Source: Psilocybe cubensis
Taxonomy: Eukaryota
Direction of reading: 5' to 3'
Assembly (NCBI GenBank): GCA_017499595.2
Contig: CM039001.1
Location: forward strand, 3,658,001 to 3,722,000
DNA length: 64,000 nucleotides
Below the pieces are notes generated by a model, which saw only the letters and a program-made list of their open reading frames with translations, had not been told where the DNA came from and did no database searches. Both the position numbers and the translations under genes were made by a program. Position 1 is the first letter of the stretch, and every line of letters begins with the position of its first letter. Positions 50,382-62,562 of this stretch are shown in pieces.

Positions 50382-50902
50382 TTGCATGACCAAAGATTCG
50401 TACCAACTTAGAGTATGGCGCCCATGGCATTAGTTTCTCGGTTTTATTACTACACAGGCTTTATATGTCTGTGGCTGGCTATTTTGCTCTCGACCCCTCC
50501 AGAATGGACCTGCGGTGGGGCAAATTTTCATACGCGTTCAGTCATTGTAAACACCTGTCAACGAGATAGTGACGCGCAGGAAAAGGAATCAGATTCTTTG
50601 AATAGTCTATCAATAGATGATCCAATAAAATGCGCTGGAATTGATACTCGAGAGTTTACGCGACGACGCGGAGTAAGGCAGAGTAGAGTGTCTGCAGTGT
50701 AGTTTCGGCGCTAACTGCCTTAATGAAAGCGTTAAGGGACGCCGAAGCTTACCTAACCAGATGTTAATCAAAGTCCGACTATTGAGGCGAAGCGGGGAGA
50801 GGCGCATACCTCGGTTACCATCGCTTGCATCCTGGTCCTCAACAGACTCCTGACTGTGTTCTGTATCCTACGGCCTAGAATATAGACTCTCTGGCGAAGC
50901 GA

Positions 50903-50910
50903 TATAAAAA
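50903..50910 (+). promoter_or_regulatory. TATA box of second P450
   Basis: TATAAAAA about 100 nt upstream of ATG 51010. Confidence 0.45.
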
Positions 50911-51009
50911 TGTATCCTGACAGCTGGAAAATGCATCCTCATTCCCCACAGCACTCCAACAGTTGCAAAGCAGTCCTACTCCAGTCAACGAAACAGGTTT
51001 TCTTTCAGT

Positions 51010-53049
51010 ATGGACTACACCACCTTCCTCACCAGCGTTGTGATTCTGGTGTCGTCATATAGCACCATCAGATTTCTTCAGCATCGCAAACGCTCAAGGA
51101 ACCACCCTTTCCCTCCTGGTCCTGAAGGTTACCCAATCATCGGAAATGTCCTTTCTCTCTTCCAGGGAGAGCGATGGAAGATCTTCAGTGACTACAAGAA
51201 ACAATATGGTATGTCCTTTAACTCTTTTAGAAGGATTTTCATCTCACAGTACGCTTTTAGGTGACCTTGTTCGTCTTCACGGATTCGGAACGGACCTCAT
51301 TGCTTTGAACTCGTTGGATGCTATTGATGATCTTTTGGGCAAAAGGGGACACATCTACTCTCATCGCCCTACTTTCACCGTTGTTGGAGAGATGATGGGT
51401 CTTGACCAGGTCAGTCTATTCCTCTTTTCGGATCACAATTATACAATTCTGACATGCCTTACAGAGCACACCCCTCCAATCCTACGGACCCGACTGGCGC
51501 ATGCACCGCAAGTTGGCCCACAACGTCCTCAGTATCACCGTTGTCAAGCAATACTGCCAGCTCCAAGAAGATTTGGCTGTACTCCTCTGCGACGAATTCA
51601 TCAAAACTCCCGAGAAATTCTTCTCCTCCACCCGACTGTAAGAGTCAGATCAGCAAGATTAAATACATTTACTAACGAACTACTTTAGCTTCGCCTCTCG
51701 TCTCATGCTCACCATCACCTACGGTCTGTCTGCCAAGGATGCCGATAACTTGTACGTCGAACACGCCCACAAGACCATGGCCATGGTTTCCAGGTCCAGT
51801 ATTCCCGGAGCTTTCATCGCCGATTTCCTTCCCTTCTGTGCGTTTCATTGTTTATTTAATTAGTTTCAATGTTTCTAATATCCCACACAGTGAAGCATGT
51901 ACCATGGCCATCTTTCCGCAAGGAAGTTGAAGAGGGACGCGATATGATTGATGGCCTCGTCAGACTGCCTTTCGAACACGTCAAGCGTGATATTGTATGT
52001 TGTCCCTAACCCAATTCCGAGAGATACGCGTTACTCACTTTTATTTCAAGGCTGCTGGAACCGCCCTCCCATCTCTTACCAAGGATCTCCTCACCACCTC
52101 CGACCCCAGCCTTGACCACCACATCAAATGGACCACCGGCTCTATGTACGGCGGTAAGATTATCCCGTCGTATTCTCGCTAGCTTAGTTGCTGAAGTCTC
52201 ACGATGAATAGCCGGAGGAGAATCCACCTATGCTACCGTTTCGACCTTCATTTTGTGCATGGTTCTGTATCCCGAGGTCCAACGCAAAGCTCAAGAGGAA
52301 GTTGATCGCGTCATTGGAAAGGGCCGTCTCCCTCTTATCGAAGATATGCCCGATCTCCCCTACGTCAACGCCATGATCAAGGAGACTATGAGGTGGCACC
52401 CAATTGTGCCTTTGAGTGAGACCTTTGGCGAGAAATTTAGATACTCTGGCTGATACTCTGATCGATAGCTTTGGCTCGCCGCGTCGCTGAGGATGATTAC
52501 TACAAGGGCTTCTTCATTCCTAAGGGAACACTCGTCATTCCTAACGCATGGTTAGTTGATATATCCCGATGATGAGACTTTAGCCTGACCATTATTCCTA
52601 GGGCCATCGCTTTGGAGTCAAACCCTAAATATGAACCCAGCGAGTTTATTCCTGAGCGCTTCTTGGACAAGGATGTTAAGGCCACCGACCCCGCTCTTTG
52701 GGCTTTCGGCTTCGGAAGGCGGTGAGTACACGCCACACTTCTATCAAAGCCATCTAATCTCACTATTTAACCGTTGTTAGTATCTGCCCTGGCAAGCACT
52801 TGGCTGAAAACTCTCTCTTCATCGCCATTTCTATGATCCTTACTGTATTCAACATTTCCAAGGGTGACCACGAAGTCACTGCCGCGTTCGAAGAGGATCT
52901 CATCAGGTACGTTTAATCTTTATCTTCTGATTTCCAGAGATTCACACTCCATTTTCAGTTACCCCAAACCCTTCAAGTGCAAGATTGAGCCCCGTTCTGA
53001 CCTTATCAAGAAGCTCGTCACCACCAGGGCTGCTGAGGTCTACGTTTAA
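51010..53049 (+). CDS. Cytochrome P450 (CYP64-like/OrdA-like group common in basidiomycete secondary metabolism)
   Basis: [13 protein letters not shown]-helix [22 protein letters not shown] (ExxR), PERF and heme motif FGFGRR/ICPG; ends RAAEVYV*. Confidence 0.95.
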
Positions 53050-54099
53050 ATTCATTGGATGGATATCCAATTCCCCACTTAAAGATTCACGCCCAACAAT
53101 CACTTCCTTTAATATACTCTCCAAGAACAGGGCCATTAGCCCACATAGATATTTCTATTATCGCATCAGTGTACTATTTAGTATTTGTCACACACTCTCT
53201 ACCGGTTTACTCAATACAGTATACATTTTTACGTGCATTTTATACTGCTTTTGGATTGGAATGTTTCCCTCTACTTTTGGTATTGTGGCGCACTGCGAAG
53301 TCGATCGTCGGTGGTTCTTGCGTGCGTTTCCGCATCGGGAAGGCTTCGTGCATTGACATCATTGTGATCGTTCGAAGTGCACTCCTCGACAACGTGCCAC
53401 CTTCCGCCCCGAAGATTTCGACATGAATGTTGGATACCATTTTCTTTTAAGCGCCCATCCTTCAGAAGTCGGACTTTGTCTGGCAAAGTAATTAGCTCCA
53501 AGTGTCTTTTTTGATGGCATGATGGCGGAAGCCTTAACCAAGTTGACCACTCTTTGAATGCTGGTCTCGCATATATGAAGTTTATTCAATAGTTAGTCAA
53601 CATTTGTACATATATTGCGTATAATAAGTTTTTCCAACGTGCACAAGAGGTTTTTTCCCATTCTTCAAACAATGAGGGAATCCCCCTGACTTCGAAGCAA
53701 AGTCTCTGGCGACGCCAAGTCGATGTTCAGAATGTGGGAAATATGTCACATGATACAAACAGTGCCGGGCTCGGCGCTTTCGGGACTTAGCGTTTAGGAT
53801 GGGATGGAGGTCAATTTTCAATTTGTGCGACTCAACTACAGAGCAGTAAAGACAAGGCAGAACCGAGATAGATGCAGTGGTGCTATACTTATCTCAAAAT
53901 TTATGAGATGCTTCAAACATTTGGAACACAAGCTGTCATTTATAACTATAAGAGAAACTTTAAAACATGATTTCTTCTACTACATTTCTAACATTTCTTA
54001 GAGTGCTATGTATACCCTACCCAGATCCCTAATACCCAAAACAAAATAAAAAATGTACTTCAAAGTAATAATATCTATGCGTTTGAACAGCGAGTTCAA

Positions 54100-56482
54100 T
54101 TAGCTACCAAAGGTTTCAATGTGAAGAGAAACAGATGGTATTCCCTTCAACGCCGCCATCGGGCTTGAAGATCCGGAGCTTAAGGTCCGGCGTACTGATG
54201 CGGCCAAGTTAGATGGTCCTGCAACTGTGAAAATTGGTTTTAGATCCTGAAGTTCAGTTCGTAAGCTTGTAATTACACATACCGTTGACCGCAATCTGAC
54301 CAGGAGACATTTGAATCTCCTCGTTAAGTAAGGCATCCAGGTTGGGCCTTCCATGAAGGATAGTGAAAGAGCGCGAGTATTCAAGGATATCACTCTGCGA
54401 AATTTCTTTCTTGAGCGTGGATCCGGAAGACGACAATGATTCGCTGTCAGAGGTCCGGGTCGTGACATTGGAGATCTCTGCGACAACGGCCTTTTTCCCA
54501 GTGATGTAGATTCTAGGATCGATAACAAGAGAAGAAGATGTCAATGCCATAGCGTCCGTTAAAGCCCTTGATATCCATCTAAGATGCTCTGAGAAAGAAA
54601 GTACAAGCCGTTACTATCTCCGTCAACGTGTAGAAGCTAAAATTAGGCACACCTGTATCACGGATCGCCCAGATGAAGACGATACGTCTAACGGCAGAAG
54701 ATCCATTTTGGGCGTTGATTCTAGATATAACAGATAGTGTCAAGAAGCAATTAATCATTTCAGATATGAATCAATGACACTACACACCTGGCGAGATTAA
54801 GAAGGAGCGGCAGCGTATATGAGATCCCGGATCCTCCTAATTTAGAACTGAGATTACTTTGAGGCCGTAGAAGCAATGATAAAACAGCGTACCCGCGATG
54901 AGAACACAAGTTGTAAATCTGCGAAGATCGGGTGGCATTCCATAAGGCCCATCCAACAAGGCCGGGACGCGGTATCCATGATTCTTCCTCGCGAGCTCAC
55001 GGAGTCTCTTTGTCAAGCCGTCCCTACCACGAATGAGGAAAACGACATCCGTTTCGTCGTTAGTTGATCTTTCTTCAGGGATGCTGGCAATAGTGAAGGG
55101 GTGGGCCTCGAATGGGAGATTGCTGACGGAGGGCAGAACTACGTATGCGTGTTGTCCGGGTGTCCATGACATTTCACGGCGCATGGTCAAGCGTATAGTG
55201 TCTTCCGAGACGAGTTCAACTAACGCATCTGACGGATGAGAACGGTTCCAGAATCGGCCGTTTAAGACGGTGCGTGAAAATCTCAGAGTCCTGTCGAAAC
55301 CCCATACGAGGAGACCTGGCCAAATATACCCCCCGAAACTGATTGCGGGTCAGCCAGGCTGAAATTGATGGAGTCCATTGATGCTTACTGTAATTCCCTT
55401 GCGTGGTAGTATCCAGCGACGATGAAGATGCTAGAACATCCAGTTAGACACCACGATTATAGGAGTTAAAAAAAACTTACAAGATAAGAATGATGTGCGC
55501 AATGAGGAAGAATTCAAAGGCAGCTCGTCTAATTGGGCGAATGGAGAGGATCGTTGCAAGTGTTAGCGCCGTAAGACTTATGGCACCTGATCGCATCCAG
55601 TTGTGCGAAAGATCCAGGTTCTTTGGAAGCCTGTGAAAGAATGTCAGTACGTAGATTAAACACGCAAAGAGTGTTAGCTTACTTAGAGTGTATACGGGTT
55701 CCTGCGTGAATCCAGAAAAACATGAAGTTCGTTCTTGCCGCAGCGCGATGGAGTACATTGAGCTGATATCGCAGTAAATAAATAGTGATTGTAAGAAATA
55801 TGAAGAATATTTACCTTTTCATGGCTCACTCCAGTCAACCCTTGTACAGTCATGAGTAAAATCTTAACCAATAGAAATAAATAACTTTACATGAAATCAC
55901 GTTGTTCTTTCCTGCCAGTGCCACGATTAAAGGAATTTGACTGGACGCGATGAGCGCAGCGCGGTCCTGATACATCATAGGCATGAGGTTACGTGCTTTG
56001 GAAAACGATGAGTATTTTGAGATTACTTCAAATTTTGCAGTTCACTTACTGTCCACAAGAAGCCATATGAGCATGGCAACAATATAAACAACAATGAAAA
56101 TCTGCTCAATGACAGAGACTGTAAAGTCCGAGCCAAACGGTATCCTCCAACGGAAGAAAAATATCTTGAAACCGGATACCACCGCAGTAAGACCTCGTCG
56201 AGCCATAGAGGAAGAAACGCGCCGAGCGGGTGCGTTTTTCTCCTGATCATTAATTTTCTCGATAGAAATCTTAGCTTCTGAGCCGGGGTGCGGTTCGGTA
56301 ATTGGCGTGAACCAGGCCACTAGGCGGCGGATAACATTGACTAGAGTCAAAAAGGCAAGAACGCTGCCCAGGAAAATCCACAATTGCCTAACATGGGCAA
56401 CCTGCTTGTGATTTCTGATGAGTCGATCAGCAGCTGTGGATGTCGCGCGAGAGCTGAGGATCGGCGCGTCGGTGATAGACAT
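54100..56482 (-). CDS. Ferric reductase-like transmembrane oxidoreductase (FRE family)
   Basis: LHRAAAR and FEFFLIAHIIL heme-His helices, WTPGQHAY, HPFTIAS (FAD), DGPYG, LIAGGSGISY, GRPNL and LHIETFG. Confidence 0.92.
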
Positions 56483-58923
56483 TTTGAGTGGAGATGAGTT
56501 GCCTTTGGAGAGGGCCGGAAATGCAGACTTCCAGAGCGAAAAATCGTCTCTCTTTATTGCGTTGCCTAAGGAGACAAAACTCAATCTCGCACCTGTACAA
56601 CAGGCGGTACGTGTAGAATATTTCTGTCATGAGATGATACATTGGGTCTGTGTTTAATCTGCGTAGGTATACAGTACTGGCAATCCAATACATTCTCTGA
56701 GAAAAAAATTCCCAATGAGTTATGCTTCGAGCCGTATTGAGATGATACCTGAGAGTTTGTGTGTGAATACCAGTCCGTTGAGTTGAGCTGAGGGGCTGAG
56801 TAGTTCAATTTCAGTTGAATCGAGTGCAGAGTGTTGGCTCGGGGAGGTAGCCGCCACACAGTGATAGGGCGTCGGGGAGCGACAATAACGTTCACTTATT
56901 TTGAGCACGTCAAATCCAGTGACTGAGTATGTCAAATCACGATGTATTATTTCTCGTGACTTCAAACCCGAGGCTACGTACTGGCGCAGCTACAGCGATT
57001 GGTTTGAGCGCTTCGTATAGATCTCAGGCACAGGAAATGCCCGATCTTTACTACTTTTGGCCATTGATGATGATTTCTGATGTCCTCCGTCATATCTTGC
57101 TGGTAGCGCGTGCGAAAGCTTTATGTGTTATCTATATTAACTTTGGGTAGTCTGGGAAAGGCAGTCCCACTTTTATAAAGCGAGAATAACGCGTGTTATT
57201 TATAGTAAGAGCACATCTGTTAAGCAGTTTCCTAATAAATGAATTTATAACCCACATAGACAACGAATTGTATTGAACTGAACCTATAAACGAAGCTGGC
57301 GTGTGTCCACATAGGATCAGAAACAGGTAAAGAATATTGAGTGAAAGTAAATGGAACCTACCTCAGCCATGTGCGTGCGCAAATTAACGGACTGAGGTAC
57401 GAAGAGAAAAATCTACAGAAGCCCAGGGAAGCACCCCAAATATCATGTCAAGATTTTTTCGGATTACCCAAAATTGCAATTTTTGTCTGCATTTTGCGTT
57501 GTTGAGAGCCCAGGAAGTGCTTCTTTGACCGGGGATTGCGGATTTAAAACCAAAAATAAGTATGATAGGCAGTCAGATGTGCACATTCAACATTGAGGTT
57601 GCAATACCATCATTTACAGCATTGATTAATTTAATACGGACATCTAAGCAATTTTATGAATGCGCCAAGAGTTTACAATCCATATATTATCTCAGAGGAT
57701 TGTGGAAGAGTTGTGTATCGTTTGTAACAAGAATTTGGTTCTGTTAAATGTTTTCAAGTCAGGAGTGAAAAAAATCCCAATTACATGACTGTTCGTTTAT
57801 TCAAATGTTTTAAATTTATATTTTATTCTCTTGTTGTGGCTAGACATATAATAGAGAGCAATTAAATACTAGAAGTAATTACGTGGAAGGAAGCCAACTT
57901 GAAGGAAGGAACTGTCCCCAGAGCAAAGGTCAAAAAATTGATTTATCCACGACACAATATTAGAGGAATACAAGGGATACCCGATTCCATAAAAAGATGA
58001 AATAGAGAAACGTGAAGGGTGTAGCAATGAGTCTATATAATATTTCCCGCCGTTGTCTCGTTGTTTGAAGGTGGGCGCTCCCTCGGCTTGTCATCGGCGG
58101 CGCGGCGGAGTACGCAAAAACCCGGTGATATCCATCATTTAACCCTCCATTGTTCGTTTCTTACCACTGACTAGCGAGCTCGACTCAGGTCAAGCGAGTG
58201 GAAGCGAAGCGTTTGCATTAACGTACCTGCTCTATCGCGCTATGTAATGCTGGCATTAGGAGCGGTTGACCCACATTTAGTCCTCGTCCTGGTGTGCAAC
58301 TGGCGACATGCGTCTGATTACCTCGCCTTTGTATGATTTCACATCTACCTGGAGGAACGCTTTGCTCCGACGACTTCGACCGCCTTGTGGCGCAAGGATA
58401 AGGATGACACGTCCACCTTTAACCTTATCGTAGAACGTGAGCTGACGATACCCTTGGCACTGAACCTCTGATGAATGACGAAACACACCGGGCATCGTCC
58501 GTTCGTTGCCGTATGGCGGTTATTGTTGATTATTTTTGATAATGCAGTGGAGAGAGAGCAAGGAATCCAAACGTCGCGACAACAAGGTTACCCAATGGTT
58601 CCTGCATGCGGGAGTGATCGGCCAATTCTGCTCCACAAAAGGTTCACATATTGGAAAGGCTGCACTGTCTCCGAGTCACTGTCATGATGTGAGTGCCCCT
58701 TGGACTCAACATTGGCGTTGGATATGGATCATACACTAACTCAAGCTTTAAGGCCTTTGCATATACAGATTCGGTTGATGCACAGAATGTAGCTTGATCC
58801 GTCGGATTGAGCCAGCATCGAGCGAGACATGACGGTGATCATACGGACAAGGTGGGGCAGCGATAATTGCGTTACAAAAAATTCGTTTGGTTTTACAGAG
58901 GCAAGACAGAGGAAACAGGCATC

Positions 58924-59877
58924 TCATGTGTTGGAATCAAGGATGCGAACTTCCAGATCATCACCAAGACCGTACATCTTCTGCCATGACCCATCTTCCA
59001 CCCAATTAAAAAGACAGCTGCCTGCGCCATTTTGGGCACCAAACATGTTAACCTCGAGTGCCTCCACCACCCATTCTCCCATGTCATCCGTGGAACAGTG
59101 AAGATCGATCGTATACCCCGACTCAGGCAGTAAATTTCCCTCCTTTGCCTTCTCTCTAAAGGCTTCATGACATTCCAGCATTTTGCGGACGACCAGTCCC
59201 AATTCCTCCTCTGGCATGTCCGCCCACTTCCCCGAGGTCGAGTATTCGCTGATGGCACGGACTTGCCCAGAAGGCGGTACGAACATTCTAAACTCATTCG
59301 CCGTGCTAATATCTTCCCTCCATGGTAAGAAATGCAGCACATCCGTCGCTCCAGGCACACTGCTCGACTGCTTCAAATAGTCATACGCCCTGCGACTCGT
59401 GCATATGCTCTCGAGCACCTCTCGTGCGCTTGTGAACGGTCCTACACCACCGCGTCCGTTCTTTGGTGAACCGGTGTCCATCCTCGCAAACCACTGGCGT
59501 CGGCCGTCAAAGCATCCTGGTACGCCGCGGGTGATGCGCCGGGCAAGCAGCTCGAGGTCGACGTCGTGCACCTCGGAGACGCGCCGGTCGTGTGTGCTAA
59601 GCGAGACGTGGGCGATGCGCGCGAGGAGCTGGCAGTCTTCATGTGAGAGCGGGTAGGCATGGTGCTCTGGTGGATTCGCGCGCAAGCTGTGGATGATTGG
59701 GACGAAGATGGAATAGAGCTTTGAGCGCAGGATCGTTTCGAGATCGGACGCGGTCCGTTCGGGTTCAAGAGCTTTGAGTGCTTCTGGCAGCTCAGCGTAT
59801 TCATGGTAGGTTGTATTGAAGCGATCTGGCTCTTTCTCAATTGCAGAAGACGGTATTTTCTTGAAGATTATCTGCAT
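58924..59877 (-). CDS. Intronless CDC123/D123-like (R2K-clade) ATP-grasp protein, 317 aa
   Basis: Single-exon ORF with WFARMDTGSPKNG, LHFLPW...EFRMFV...AISEY, YTIDL and LEVNMFG...GSCLFNW, in the order and spacing of the Cdc123 ATP-grasp motifs. Confidence 0.8.
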   Translation of the reverse strand: MQIIFKKIPSSAIEKEPDRFNTTYHEYAELPEALKALEPERTASDLETILRSKLYSIFVPIIHSLRANPPEHHAYPLSHEDCQLLARIAHVSLSTHDRRVSEVHDVDLELLARRITRGVPGCFDGRRQWFARMDTGSPKNGRGGVGPFTSAREVLESICTSRRAYDYLKQSSSVPGATDVLHFLPWREDISTANEFRMFVPPSGQVRAISEYSTSGKWADMPEEELGLVVRKMLECHEAFREKAKEGNLLPESGYTIDLHCSTDDMGEWVVEALEVNMFGAQNGAGSCLFNWVEDGSWQKMYGLGDDLEVRILDSNT

Positions 59878-61560
59878 GGCGGTGTCTTTGGCTATCTAAT
59901 GAGGAAATTCTCATTTTGCTTGAGTTGCAGGAAGACACGTACTGGTAGACAAAGAGGTAGAGAAAAGGAGGCAATTCTGCTGTTGTTGACCGGGACCATT
60001 TAGCTCGGCCCCTGGTCCCTGGCGGGTCCGAAATCGTGTCGGAGTCAGATCTATTGCTTCCGAGACGCGTTCCCGTTCGCGACGCGTCGTGGTGCGACGT
60101 TACGAGTCCCTCCTTTAGGAGGATTGCTTTTATTACTTGCTAGGATTCGTTGACACGACTGGGCCTTGCTGGAGGAGCGGGCATCTGACTGGCTTTAAAT
60201 TTCAATCAGATCATATTGCACAGTTGCACGGTAAATCGAAATCAATACTTGGATATATACACTCTTCCTTCCCTACATCAGATCCATGTCAACATACAGC
60301 ATGATCCTAGGATCTTTGAAGGAATGCACCGCCAAAGTGGTGGTCAATGTGTTGATGCGCAAGGCATGCCGGTGCCACTGTGCTCGGACATCACCAATAA
60401 TAGTTGGCCAAAGGGCTTATTTGGCGATCCTTGGCTTTTGATCCCAACATTTGGTTTTCAGTCCTGGATAGTTCTCAGCAAGGTTGCAGCAAGGTTACGA
60501 GTACTCCCTCCAGCCACGATTTTGAAAGCTTTTATCATCCGGCGATCAATCGGCACGTTTTGAGCGGAGATCCAATTCTCCATTGTCCCTGACTCCCTGT
60601 TTCTTTGAGCAAAACGTACTGTCAATGAAACGTTCAATGAGCCGGATATATATTGTCTTTATGTCTATCATCTATCTTCAAGCTTCATCAGCTGTCAAAA
60701 GCCTCACACTTGTGGCTTTTTGCAGGGAATGAAATGCTTCTTGAGCCGGCAATAACTCGGAAAAAATGTCGGAATTCTAAATGCCTTCCCACCCATGAAA
60801 ATTTATTTGAATTCAAATTCACTACGTGCAGGGTTAAATAATTTGTCGCGATTTATGTGAAATTTATTTCCGGTTACCTTCCAAATATAGTAATTAATTC
60901 AATATATCCTTCACGTATTTAGCCAAAACGCAAATAAGTTTTCCGTATTTTGCCATAAATTATTTAACACTGCATGTGGTGAAAGATTGCTCGTCGCTTT
61001 AGCATTGATAGGCCTGTATATTTTACGTAGTTGCCTACAACAGTCAATGACTATTCATCACTGTAGATGGTGTACTTATTTCTGCAGGCCTCCAGCAATT
61101 CAATAGTTGTTCATCACTCTAGCATAACTTTGCATAACTTGCATTAATAGCCCCTACTTAAGCTGTGTCGGACTCACAATACAGCTCGGATTCGCGAAAT
61201 TGATGCTGCATTCATTATTTGAGTCCAATCCAGTCAGATAGAATTATCACTATCGCATCAAGATTTTAAATACAAGACTCACTTCCATGAAAGGCCGATA
61301 TCTTGAAAAAGTAGAATCCAATGTAGGATATTCTCCTACATTTTGAATAGAAGTAGAACTTCGAAGTTAACCTATGCATCAACTACAGATCAAGGTGTCA
61401 GAGAATAACGCTAAAACTGTAAGTAATGTTTGTATATTAAAAGTTCTTCCAGTTAAACAAAAAGACACGTTGCACCTTTATTATCAAGATAGGTGTAAGC
61501 AACACATACATTAAAATGTCGCAATGCAACTGAAACTGGTCTTACTGAACAGGGCCCTTA

Positions 61561-61948
61561 CACGGCGGGATATTCAGAATATAGAATTCCCACAAAGTAG
61601 GTAATCAAATGTTACAACATACTTGAAATATATTGGACCACCCGTCTTTCACATTTGTTTGAAATATAATGCTGGCAAATATTTTAAGTTTCTTACCACA
61701 TACAAAGGTGCTTTATATTTCAAATTGAAAGGAACATCATATCAGTAAAATGGCAGGTATTTACTGATATGAGGTTCCTTTCAATTTAAAATATAAAGCA
61801 CCTTTGTATGTGATAAGAAACTTGATATATTTGATAGCATTATATTCCAAATGAATGTGAACACGGACGGCCCCAATATATTTTCAGTATGTTGCAACAT
61901 TTGATTACCTACTTCGTGGGAACACTATTTTCTGAATATCCCGACGTG
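61561..61948. mobile_element. Foldback MITE: 388-bp near-perfect palindrome with TTA target-site duplication
   Basis: 61561-61749 is the reverse complement of ~61760-61948, with scattered mismatches and a ~10-nt loop. Termini CACG...CGTG, with TTA directly on both sides. Confidence 0.88.
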
Positions 61949-62562
61949 TTATCTGTTTTCGGTGCTCGCTGACTTGGTCCATCGGTCCATGGACAAGATT
62001 AGATCAATATTACCTCGTGGGAGTGATAGTATGTCACATGTGTCACACTGCCCCGCGGAATCACTCAGGTCATCAGCAAAATCGTCGAAAAAGTGAAATG
62101 GCAAAGCTCGCAGATTCGATTCTTTTCCTCGAACATCCACGTCCCAAACACCCCGAAATCCAAGTTCCTTCCACATAGCGCATCCGGGGCTCTTTATTGC
62201 GTTTTTTCAGCGATTTTTTGCGAGATTTTCATCATCCGAACCTGTTTCCGCACGAATTCCCCAAAATCCGTGAGATATGGAGAATCTGCGCTGGCGACGA
62301 AATGGGGGGGAGGAGGTAGGTTTCGGGGTGTGGAAGCGGGAGGATGGTGGGGGTGGTTCAAAATCAAACAAGGACAAACAAACACCGCCACCGAGGGAAC
62401 AATGGGCTCGGGACTCTCAGCCATACCAATAATTTCCTGATACCGACGACCGTCCCAGAGCTCCGCACGGACGCCGACGACGAACAGCGATATAATTGTG
62501 CTCTGAATAGCCTATACAGAGGACAGTCACTCTGACAGGGGGGTCCGCGTGCCCACCTTTTC

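Noticed and set aside
41839-53049. Identity with a known mushroom cluster (psilocybin, erinacine/cyathane, pleuromutilin)
   Set aside because: No PsiD/PsiK/PsiM, GGPP synthase, glycosyltransferase or class I/II diterpene synthase genes are present in the window.
61320-61342. Short hairpin AATGTAGGA-TATTC-TCCTACATT
   Set aside because: A 9-bp stem in AT-rich intergenic DNA is expected by chance, and no function is assignable.
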